This document shows, piece after piece, positions 46,001 to 54,303 of a DNA stretch of 64,000 nt. The stretch lies in IMG/VR virus record IMGVR_UViG_3300025652_000057, positions 2,624-66,623 of that record, one strand, 5' to 3'. Every line of letters starts with the position of its first letter. Position 1 is the first letter of the stretch. The DNA comes from a virus. Under the pieces are notes generated by a model. The model saw only the letters and a program-made list of their open reading frames with translations, did no database searches and was not told where the DNA came from. A program made the position numbers and the translations under genes.

Positions 46001-48485
46001 CGTTGCCATCTCTAATTTCAAGATTGCTAGTTTCTTTCTCAAGTAGACTCAATGAAACTATGTCGATCAAGCCGTCTATTTTCTGCTCGATCTGTCCAAT
46101 ATCTTTCATTGTATAGTTTTTAGTCGATACGCTACTGACGGTAATCTTGTCTTCCCCAGAGATTTCGCTAGTGTTACCGGGAATTGTAATATTACCAATT
46201 GCATAAAGCTCTCTAGAGGTGGGCACACTAGGATTCTCATCTTCTCCACCCTTGAGTAGAGTTATGTTAGAATATTCGTCTAGTACCACACTGTCTATTC
46301 TAGACATATAGTATGTTTGATCGCCCATAATGGTTGCAGAATTAGCAGGCGCTATTCCTCTTGATATTGATAGTGCTAAAGGATTGGTAGACAGTACTGT
46401 GGGTGCACCAGCCGAACCCAAACTAGGATTAACGGCATCAGTCGCATATGGTCTGAAGTCGTAAGAATCAATTAAGTTATGCTCAACCAAAGACTTTGAC
46501 GTGTAGTTGTGTACTAGATTTTTGCTAGTGACGTTGGCGTAACTGTTTGCAGTGAGATATCCACCGCTAACAGTAGATGTTCTCTTCAGATATTTAAACT
46601 CGATAAGTAGATTGCTATTGGCTAGTGTCTCTCCCGCATAAAGAGTGATATAGGATCTGCCATAATACCCGTCTTTCTGATTTCTAACAAGTCTGAACTT
46701 AGACGTAACGTCTAGTGATCCTGCTGCGCCGAAATTATCTTTAACGCTTACGATCTCTACTGCATTAGAAACACCTAGATGTCCACCGTTAGCTGTATCA
46801 TAAACAGTCTTAACGAAAGCTACAGTCTCGGCTAGAGTGTCGTGTGCCACGTTAGTCTCGACGACACTGTAATATAGCACTTCTCCGTCAGTGGCTGAGA
46901 GTGTTACATTGACATTATTGCCAGCGTACAAAGCAGTAGCCGTGATAATTTGACCACCACTGTCGAGCGCATAGATGTCTGTTATCAGAGGCTTCTCTGT
47001 AGCTGTGCCAGTGAGTGTGAGTGTGGATGAAGACAAGCTGATAGATGTGTCTCTAACTCTCTTAACTACTGAGACGTTATCGATAGAGCTGATTCCATTC
47101 TTGCCCGTATCGAAGATCATTGATCCTTGGGCAGCATCGAAAAGTTTTCCACTATTCGTCAACGTGGTTATTCCCACTTTAGTGATAGCCGTGACTTCTT
47201 GGCCGACATTCTTAACTATGCCGTAAACATATATCTTGCCTGGTGTGACATTCGCCACTGAGCAAGTGCCTATGACCGTAGACCCATTCAATAGATTATA
47301 TCTTGATCCGTCAAACTCATAATTATCTAGTACTGCTTCTGCATCTGAGTTGTATGTGAAGTATTGACCGTAGCTTACTCCGGTGTGTTGTAAAGTCTTG
47401 CTCTGTGTTGCAGTCACAGGTGGGATAAGTAGTTTAGTAGGCGATACGCCGATAACTTCTTTACCGTAAACGTATGCCTTACCGGGTGACACTACCGCAT
47501 ATGCGCTATTGCCCTCTTTCTCAAGAGATACTTTAAGTCCGTTGACTACATAGTTTCCAGACTCCTCATATGTTCGTCTAGCCAACTCTTTGTTGACAGT
47601 GTTGAATTCGGTAACGTCACGAATACGAACAGGCTTACCTTCCACATATCTAATTAAAGCAAAGAACTCTGTTGGCTCTGAAGCCGTATTATATGATACA
47701 AGGGTAGGAACAAGCTGAAGTCTGTCGGCGCCTGGCGCATTCTCGTTGTTGAAGCCTGATGCATTATCTAGAAGTGTTGTATCAGCATCGGAGTCGATAA
47801 TATTTTCTTTAACTGTAAAACCAACAGATACTGTACCAGGAGTATTAGTGTACTTCGACACAATAATAAATTGGTTATCTACAAAGATGAAATGTCCTTT
47901 CTGATATATAACACCCTCTTCACACGACACACCGAAAGATTTACCGACATGATTAGAAACACTAGCTACGGTTACGTCACCAACTAGGTTTTCAATCGAA
48001 TCTCTAATCTTAAGATTTTCTCCTTGAAGAAATTGCTTAACATCTGTTTGATTGTCCTGAGAGGTGTTCAAGTACTTAATGAAGAAAGTTTTTAGGTTAG
48101 GATCTTGAGTTTGGAATCCTGGTTCACCTTTCACAATCTCAGCTTTCAGTCCAGACGTTAAGCCAGTGATAGTGTAAGTACTTTTCGTCCCATCATTATT
48201 AGCGATCTGGTCATAAATTGAAGGATCGGTAAAGCCTGTTTGGTCATTCAGCTTCACGTAGAAAAGGTCGTCACGAGCAGTCATGTTAATGCCGCTTATG
48301 ATAGTTCCTTCTTTGTATATGTTAGAACCAAACCTCTCTACCTGTTTTTGCAGAATTGTTTGAAGCTGAGTTAGCTCTCTAGCTTGAACAGCCTTTGCGG
48401 GCTTGAACAAAACACGGTTGAACTGCTTCTCTTCATTGAAGTCATCGTAATACGGATCTACGTTTAAATCTGTGTTAATACCCAT
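43092..48485 (-). CDS. Large structural protein, DUF4815/VrlC-like
   Basis: LNVDPYYDDF...VLFKPAKAVQARELTQLQTILQ, APGADRL, ARRTYEESGNY and DPIAQTF. Confidence 0.85.
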   Translation of the reverse strand: MGINTDLNVDPYYDDFNEEKQFNRVLFKPAKAVQARELTQLQTILQKQVERFGSNIYKEGTIISGINMTARDDLFYVKLNDQTGFTDPSIYDQIANNDGTKSTYTITGLTSGLKAEIVKGEPGFQTQDPNLKTFFIKYLNTSQDNQTDVKQFLQGENLKIRDSIENLVGDVTVASVSNHVGKSFGVSCEEGVIYQKGHFIFVDNQFIIVSKYTNTPGTVSVGFTVKENIIDSDADTTLLDNASGFNNENAPGADRLQLVPTLVSYNTASEPTEFFALIRYVEGKPVRIRDVTEFNTVNKELARRTYEESGNYVVNGLKVSLEKEGNSAYAVVSPGKAYVYGKEVIGVSPTKLLIPPVTATQSKTLQHTGVSYGQYFTYNSDAEAVLDNYEFDGSRYNLLNGSTVIGTCSVANVTPGKIYVYGIVKNVGQEVTAITKVGITTLTNSGKLFDAAQGSMIFDTGKNGISSIDNVSVVKRVRDTSISLSSSTLTLTGTATEKPLITDIYALDSGGQIITATALYAGNNVNVTLSATDGEVLYYSVVETNVAHDTLAETVAFVKTVYDTANGGHLGVSNAVEIVSVKDNFGAAGSLDVTSKFRLVRNQKDGYYGRSYITLYAGETLANSNLLIEFKYLKRTSTVSGGYLTANSYANVTSKNLVHNYTSKSLVEHNLIDSYDFRPYATDAVNPSLGSAGAPTVLSTNPLALSISRGIAPANSATIMGDQTYYMSRIDSVVLDEYSNITLLKGGEDENPSVPTSRELYAIGNITIPGNTSEISGEDKITVSSVSTKNYTMKDIGQIEQKIDGLIDIVSLSLLEKETSNLEIRDGNGLNRFKNGILADSIRDLNIADIRDPEFRAAIDNGRTVATPAVTQFPVDLKVGSGSGVNTAFPDVITLADTGTKVEVISQPYATNFRNCVSNFYSFEGKAVIDPPFTSGYDVIQNPAVNIEIDIAGPMLDLVDNLQEFMPLTTEAIIGEERTGTNRPRRRVIMGEFTQTISQTRLASSTSSLNQEVGNFITDINMKPYLRRQQIKVLVTGLRPNTRHYFFFDQKSVDSHVSPGTGITYGRQNSSNLDVRRVGYLASNAGEAVRTDSNGVLSAVFVLPASTFFVGENVLEVVDVDTYGSIDSASTSYSRATYRGYNFAVNKTDLSVTTRTPDFDTSVSITTRETQRQVGDPIAQTFRVKSSSTNNANVAMISDIDVYFKQKSATTGVTLQIREVVNGYPSKKVLPFASKHLDASQVLISPNGITATTFTFDNPVRLSANAEYAFVVIPDANSPDYLIYTSKVGSTSLSKGTAASQVAVTNDWGDGVLFTSTNDSAWKSYQDEDIKFILKRYDFNASGTIDLVPNDMEFMTVRENILSFIDDEYAYIKKADSYTAGISGDQLNIVTISGTTIFAVGDYMYLQDSTATNDIVAKILDLQTTAASTTITLDTPFFEATTTAVAFVCVAGRVSHYNSRKADELHIKGSSATPTNFIDDNAVSTIGAFTPQQTYTITSLGSSTTQQNWTDAGAGSSPYLGQVFVALIAGTPGDGTARKNSQVIKGIDSGATAIVTSVNNKKISYFQAQIYTSDTTNTSSDLTLYNGNTIDKSISKNANTYTHNSLRSIMSKSRIVNAADTTTEDFKVRVSMANNSYSSATPIVDKSLSEINAYEYHITNSASSTSSWISKEVVLKAGLEADGMKALVSAYRPAGTFVDVYARFVYPENIETKSAWIELDNANPDLYSNTSNTKDYREFEYNLTNETTSFRSFQLKFVLRHGTTGSGNELDTPELGTLTPDINLFAHIYDYRAIALT

Positions 48486-48503
48486 GGGCTATATTCTCTT
48501 TCC

Positions 48504-50498
48504 TTAAAAGTCGAATGTGAACTTTACTTTTTCTATTGTGCTTGCATACCTTGGAATAGGAGCAAAGTCTATGAAGTGTAGTAGTTCTCCACTATACGGG
48601 TCATAGTCTCCGTATTCAATAGTATTTATACTGATCGTAGTGGCGTTGGATGAAGATGGGGTACTTTTTATTCTTATATTTCCTATCTGTACCTTACTCT
48701 CAAAGTCTCCATAATAGTCTACTAGATAAATTTTTGTGTTAGTTGTTCCATCGTACACACTATCATGCACTTTAGCCGTTATAATCTCTTCTTCTTCATC
48801 GGCCGATATAGTATCAACAGCATAAGAAACTTTGCCGATTTTATCTAGACCCACCGCAGGAGTCGATACAGATACAAATGTTGTTCCCAGAGTAGCAGAG
48901 ATAGTGCCAATCCCTAGAGCATCCCATTCGCTATTCGATAAGTTACCAACGTCAGTGATGACATAATTCTGACCACCAACAATATCTTTAACATCTATTG
49001 TTCTGATATATTGCTCGAACACAGTATCAGCAGGAGCTTCGGATGTCTTGTCACCCGATACTGTCAAGACTACACGGTTATCAAACGACTCTGGAATAGT
49101 GGAAGCTCCTGTATTGTCAGTAAACGTAGGATTCTTGATTAGTCCTACTTGAGTGTATGTGTTACTATTAGGAATAGATTCAGACTCTCCGGAAAAGTTG
49201 GTTACGATAGATAGTCTACTCATAGCCATCTCGTCGATAGGATTAGAGCCGTGGCCGCCTCTAGGAGAAACTATAGCACGTAAAATCGTTACGCCGGGTG
49301 TGGTCAGACTTTTAGGATAGATAACCTTTGCAGAAGCAAATTTATATTCAGTACCCTTAGTCTCAAATGCGACCCTAGTAAGTGTTCCGAACTGATCTAT
49401 AACGCCGTAAGCTTTAGCTCTAGTTCCGCTTAATGTACTAGAACTAACTTCTATCTTAGGCACTAGTTGAGCTAGGCCTTGCTCGAAATTGTCAGTACCT
49501 TTTACAACAACACTTATCTCTTTTGATGAGTCGTTTGTTTTAGAGGATATAACGTCATAAAGTTTACCTGCTGTTTCGCCTGTGCCCGACCTGAAGTACA
49601 TATATTTGTATGCATCGAGGTCTTGATATAAACTTCTACCGAGTTTGTCAGTAACACCCAACACTAAAGTCGTCGTGTTTTCTGTGACACTAGTACTCTT
49701 AAGAAGAACATTAGACGAATTCGCTTGGCTGTCTGCTTCGCCAAATAGATATTGGTTAAACAGTCCAGTAGGAGTACTATTAATAATAATCTGAGATATA
49801 TTCTCTCGGGCATTAGCGATGACATTTACGTCACCGTTTGTAGTAGGTAGGGGCAAGCTGTCCACATTTCTATATACGGCTACCTCGTCGGAGCTTACTG
49901 TGAACATATATTGCCAAATATATTTATCTTCAGTCTCAACAGATTGATAGTTGGTTGTAGTGAATTGGACAATAACAGACTGTGGACTAACGGTAGACTC
50001 AGACCCATTATTATTTTCTATACACTTGAATACTAAATAGTCGCCTTCTGTGTTACGTATCGTGACTATCATGTTTAAGTTTTCGATATTCGCCGTATCG
50101 TCGAACGAGTCATATTTCGTTCCTGTAGTCCAATCGTTTTCGTAAAACATATATCTTGCGGATGATTCTTCAATCTTATTGCCGAATATAACCTTTCTCT
50201 GAAAGCTTCTCTTAGATGTCTGCGTGTTTGTTATTGATGGCACTCCATCTATTGATGGTAGAGCGGTGGACGCCATAATATAGTAGTTTGCTTCAGGTCT
50301 CAATAGAGTGAGCTGATCGTCTACCATAGTCTTTATAACGGTCTCGTTTTCAGACGACAGACCCAGAGACTGTTGATTGTCATATGCCTGAAGCTGATTC
50401 AAGAAATTTGCGCCCAGAGTACTATTCTGATTCTTAAATGACCTGAACAACTCATTGGTCGTCTCAATCTTAAAATTTTCTGTAATTACCTTTGCCAT
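48504..50498 (-). CDS. gp8: Baseplate wedge subunit gp8-like
   Basis: WTTGTKYD, VFKCIENN, YIWQYMFTV, ISP/VSPRGGHGSNP, QVGLIKNP and YSGELLHF. Confidence 0.85.
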   Translation of the reverse strand: MAKVITENFKIETTNELFRSFKNQNSTLGANFLNQLQAYDNQQSLGLSSENETVIKTMVDDQLTLLRPEANYYIMASTALPSIDGVPSITNTQTSKRSFQRKVIFGNKIEESSARYMFYENDWTTGTKYDSFDDTANIENLNMIVTIRNTEGDYLVFKCIENNNGSESTVSPQSVIVQFTTTNYQSVETEDKYIWQYMFTVSSDEVAVYRNVDSLPLPTTNGDVNVIANARENISQIIINSTPTGLFNQYLFGEADSQANSSNVLLKSTSVTENTTTLVLGVTDKLGRSLYQDLDAYKYMYFRSGTGETAGKLYDVISSKTNDSSKEISVVVKGTDNFEQGLAQLVPKIEVSSSTLSGTRAKAYGVIDQFGTLTRVAFETKGTEYKFASAKVIYPKSLTTPGVTILRAIVSPRGGHGSNPIDEMAMSRLSIVTNFSGESESIPNSNTYTQVGLIKNPTFTDNTGASTIPESFDNRVVLTVSGDKTSEAPADTVFEQYIRTIDVKDIVGGQNYVITDVGNLSNSEWDALGIGTISATLGTTFVSVSTPAVGLDKIGKVSYAVDTISADEEEEIITAKVHDSVYDGTTNTKIYLVDYYGDFESKVQIGNIRIKSTPSSSNATTISINTIEYGDYDPYSGELLHFIDFAPIPRYASTIEKVKFTFDF
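48623..48630 (-). promoter_or_regulatory. Possible embedded late promoter TATAAATA for the 1797-aa gene
   Basis: Exact motif about 140 nt upstream of the start, inside gp8. Confidence 0.45.
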
Positions 50499-50510
50499 TA
50501 TTCTTTTCCG

Positions 50511-50518
50511 TATTTATT
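50511..50518 (-). promoter_or_regulatory. Variant late promoter AATAAATA (gp8)
   Basis: Overlaps the upstream TAA stop. Confidence 0.5.
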
Positions 50519-51371
50519 AAACTGGGCGTTGCTCTCTAGTGCTAGGACCTATTATATATGGGTATACCGGAGTATTTAAGTTGCCAGGCGAGAACGTTAA
50601 GAAGTATGCATAAGTTCCTGTATCGTAATCAGGAGTCTTACAAAATCTTCCATTATATACATCTAGTGTGCCTAGACTAGACACATATTCATAATCCTCT
50701 ACAAATGACCCCGCTGGCAATTCAGCATATGTAAAGCCTCTTCCACCCTCTGCATTATACTTCGTTCTATATGAGCTTGTCATCTGAATAGCAGGATTTG
50801 AAACTGAGCCGACTTCAGTCGCACTCGTGTATCCATAGGGACCGTATATGGGATATCCGTCAAATGCAAATCCCAATATCTTTGAGTGTCCGTCAGGATG
50901 TCTCGTATTATCACCACCAAAAGCAGTTGCGCTAAGATATGTAGTAGACGCTATATACTGCGAATTATTCTGCATTCCATTCTTATAGAATGCTCCACTT
51001 CTATATCTATACTCTCCACCAGTTTCAGGTCTACCACCACAAGCATCAACTCGAAATTCAGTTGGATTGTCTACAGTGTTCCATGTGAAGTTACTGGGTG
51101 CCGCTGTAGAAGATACTGGTAAAGTGAGGCTACTAGATGCTGAGGTATATATCACTACTCCATTTGTAGTAATCCCCACAGGACTAGTTAGTGATACAGC
51201 CTCGGGATCAACAGTGTTACTTCCTCCTCTATACTTAAACGAAAAGTCATTGACTTGATCCTGTATAGTCGAGCTATCTGGAAATACTCTAGTGGTTCCG
51301 TTATTCAATAAAGGAACTCCTGCTTTCACAGGATATGGATCACCGTCACTTGTAATCTGTAATGTAGCCAT
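50517..51371 (-). CDS. YHYH-family protein, YRYR variant
   Basis: GHSKILGFAFDGYPIYGPYG, LDVYNGRFCKTP and GTYAYF; YRYR at the YHYH position. Confidence 0.8.
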   Translation of the reverse strand: MATLQITSDGDPYPVKAGVPLLNNGTTRVFPDSSTIQDQVNDFSFKYRGGSNTVDPEAVSLTSPVGITTNGVVIYTSASSSLTLPVSSTAAPSNFTWNTVDNPTEFRVDACGGRPETGGEYRYRSGAFYKNGMQNNSQYIASTTYLSATAFGGDNTRHPDGHSKILGFAFDGYPIYGPYGYTSATEVGSVSNPAIQMTSSYRTKYNAEGGRGFTYAELPAGSFVEDYEYVSSLGTLDVYNGRFCKTPDYDTGTYAYFLTFSPGNLNTPVYPYIIGPSTREQRPV

Positions 51372-51417
51372 CTAGTTAATTCCCGTTAATATTGTCGATC
51401 TGCATTTTTAATCTCTG

Positions 51418-54300
51418 TTATATTTGAGCTACAGTAGTTGTTGCTACCATAATATTATTCCCGTCTTCGTCTACATAGAAATCTCCATCTGTAGTCAAAA
51501 GCTGACCTGATCGTATTTCATAAAATGTAAACTGAACACTTAGGTCACTATCTAAGTTATTATCACTATTTATCATAGGCGTACTGAACAGTTTCGTGCC
51601 CGCAACACCGACAGTGTCCTCAATCAACGGCTCATATTTTTTAGGATCTACGATTGAGGATATATCGTATGAATATTCTTGATAATAATTGTTGTCATGG
51701 AGTCGCTTGGTCTTGTCACTAAGAAATGATGTTTTTGTTTTCCATCTTCCTTCTGTCTTTCCTTGGCTCAGTGTTCGAATTGAAGCAGTCGCAACCGTCT
51801 TATTATAATATGCGCTGTCTTCGTCTATATTAACAATCTCAATAGATTCTTTATCATCATATCTATATCCAGTTTTGATAATCGATATCTCATCTATCTG
51901 TCCCACTTCGTAAGATGCTACTCCACTGACAACAGCATTCGAGCCCATAGGCAAAGACGTTGGATCAGTTGACGCTGTAGCGATATTCTTATTAGTGTTT
52001 ACTATTTTTACTGGAAGATTTTCGTCGAATCCGTGAAAGCTAAGGGGTCGAAAGTAGAATCCGTTATCGACCCTCTTAATATACTTAGCTTTCGCTGTAT
52101 ATGGAGATGTGCCACCTGTAGTGAGTGTGAAAGTAGTTGGAGAGTTAGTATATCCTGTACCTACAGTGCTTGCACCCAAAGCCTCTAGTCCAGATTCAGT
52201 GATGTTACCAGACTGGTTAATCTCTACGTCTTCTATTGTTCTATTCTGGGTGATTATATCACCAGCTTCTAAGAAGAAATCGACCGTATCGAAAGTCAGT
52301 ATAATGTCTCTCTTACCGAACTTAGCAATGTTATCATGTATCACTAGAGACTTGACGTTATTCTCATAATCAGTACCGGTAGATAATATTTTCAAAGAGT
52401 CGATTGTGCCTATCTTTACTGTGATAGCGGCAAATGCGTCTCTGAATGCAGTATCATAGTTTTCGGCAGAAGGACCAGACATTCCATAATCTTCACCATT
52501 ATCTCCAGTGCCGCTGTTGTTTTCATCGATAATCTCATCAACGAAGTCGCCGATCTGATCAATAACCAGAGTGACTGTCTCTACGTTAGATAATTCGCCA
52601 ATCTCATATGAGGCTGACCCGTTGAAAGCGCCAAAGCTATCTACTGTCACTGAATAAGGAGAGTTTTCACTAAGCGGAGAGTCGCCTCTATGTCTATCAA
52701 TAGTAAATCTTGGATTAGGCAAATTAGGTAGTGTCACTGTCGTGCCTGCCTGATTACCGCTACCAGGACTTATGAATCCCGTGTTGCTGGGTAAGTAGTC
52801 TGGTGTGCTACTCACAACGAACTTCGGAAAGATATCGAACCTGGAATAAAGTGTAAACAGCCTATAAAGATATCTGCCCCATTCGGAGGCATCATATGCC
52901 GCTGGGTTCAATCCTACAAAGTCCGTCACTGGTGTTATCGCAGTTGAAGAATGTACTGTACTGTATGACGTTATAACTTGAAAGTCGTCTGTCGTCACTG
53001 TACCAGTATTCATAAAGTCTGCAATGCTACCTGTACCATCTACTGCGTCAGTCTTTTTAAAGTTTCTAGTATAGTTAAAATACTCATTAGGTATATTGTA
53101 GCTGTTCGGCGTAATTAGATTCGCAAATGCCGCTGCGAGAAGATTGATATCATTGCCACCCTGTGGATAAGTCTTGCTATGAAACGCTTGAACTTCGCCT
53201 AATGTATTAGACTCTATAAACAAGAGGGGGTGAACATATTCGATTACTTTAGCAGATCCACTGACAGAGTACTGAGTTGCACCTGCGTCACTCGATCCTG
53301 TATAAGAGATACTGCTGCCTGAACAGACGATAACGTCACCCGGCAGAAAATCTACATAGTTGCTGTTTGTCGTTCCGTCAGCATTAGTAGGAGTATTTGA
53401 TGAATCGATAATCATTACTTGATTACTGATTCCGACGTTGTTAGTTGCAGCCAATGAAGTAGGATCAACATAGCCGAATCCACCATCTTCAATATCAAAC
53501 TCAATCCTTCCGGTCTGAGTCTGAGAAGTCTTTGTAACTCTTCCCTCGCCATCAATACCAGTAAGACTAGATTTAAACTTAACCGTATCGCCCACTCTCT
53601 GAGAAGGAAGTCTATTCAGTGGACTCACTGTTACCGAACTAATGGATCCAGATATTAGCTTACCAGCATTAAATACTGACTCGACACCGTTATTATCAAC
53701 TGTCACGATAACGATAGAGTCATCAGACGAGAAGGTGCCTGCGATATTCGATAGATAAATGATAGGAGATAGTGAGCCCGAGAAGTTGACAAAGAGTACC
53801 TCATCAACAAAGGCTGTAGCAAGCGATATGTCGCCACGTATTCTATTCCCTTTCTTGATAGGATAATCATCTACAGTATATACTGGCTTCATTTCTAGAT
53901 ATATGTCACCGCCCCAGATAGAGTCTGACGGCCGTAGAATAGCAGTACTAGGATAGAATATCTCAATTGATTCATCAAAGAAGAGTCTGAACATAAGCTC
54001 AAGAGACTGTTGAGTACCCTTCCTCTTGTACATATCTTGGATGTGCTTAATAATGAACCGTACATCAAGTGCTGTGTCAATAGGAAGATCAGCAAGATAC
54101 TTCTTCTTATAGTAAACAAGAAACGTAGTGAGAGTCGTGTCAATGTCCTTTAACTTAGGAATATCACGATCATTCGTTGCATCATTATGCTGATAGTATG
54201 CCTTGACAAAATCTACAAGAAATTCGCCATTCTCCTTATAGAAGTCAGGAAACTGTTCTGCTATTCCCGAGTAGATATCATCTCTTATAGTAACTGACAT
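51418..54300 (-). CDS. gp7: Baseplate wedge initiator gp7-like
   Basis: QFPDFYKE...FVKAYY, YKRKGTQQSLELMFRLFF and LHDNNYYQEYSYDI. Confidence 0.8.
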   Translation of the reverse strand: MSVTIRDDIYSGIAEQFPDFYKENGEFLVDFVKAYYQHNDATNDRDIPKLKDIDTTLTTFLVYYKKKYLADLPIDTALDVRFIIKHIQDMYKRKGTQQSLELMFRLFFDESIEIFYPSTAILRPSDSIWGGDIYLEMKPVYTVDDYPIKKGNRIRGDISLATAFVDEVLFVNFSGSLSPIIYLSNIAGTFSSDDSIVIVTVDNNGVESVFNAGKLISGSISSVTVSPLNRLPSQRVGDTVKFKSSLTGIDGEGRVTKTSQTQTGRIEFDIEDGGFGYVDPTSLAATNNVGISNQVMIIDSSNTPTNADGTTNSNYVDFLPGDVIVCSGSSISYTGSSDAGATQYSVSGSAKVIEYVHPLLFIESNTLGEVQAFHSKTYPQGGNDINLLAAAFANLITPNSYNIPNEYFNYTRNFKKTDAVDGTGSIADFMNTGTVTTDDFQVITSYSTVHSSTAITPVTDFVGLNPAAYDASEWGRYLYRLFTLYSRFDIFPKFVVSSTPDYLPSNTGFISPGSGNQAGTTVTLPNLPNPRFTIDRHRGDSPLSENSPYSVTVDSFGAFNGSASYEIGELSNVETVTLVIDQIGDFVDEIIDENNSGTGDNGEDYGMSGPSAENYDTAFRDAFAAITVKIGTIDSLKILSTGTDYENNVKSLVIHDNIAKFGKRDIILTFDTVDFFLEAGDIITQNRTIEDVEINQSGNITESGLEALGASTVGTGYTNSPTTFTLTTGGTSPYTAKAKYIKRVDNGFYFRPLSFHGFDENLPVKIVNTNKNIATASTDPTSLPMGSNAVVSGVASYEVGQIDEISIIKTGYRYDDKESIEIVNIDEDSAYYNKTVATASIRTLSQGKTEGRWKTKTSFLSDKTKRLHDNNYYQEYSYDISSIVDPKKYEPLIEDTVGVAGTKLFSTPMINSDNNLDSDLSVQFTFYEIRSGQLLTTDGDFYVDEDGNNIMVATTTVAQI

Positions 54301-54303
54301 ATA

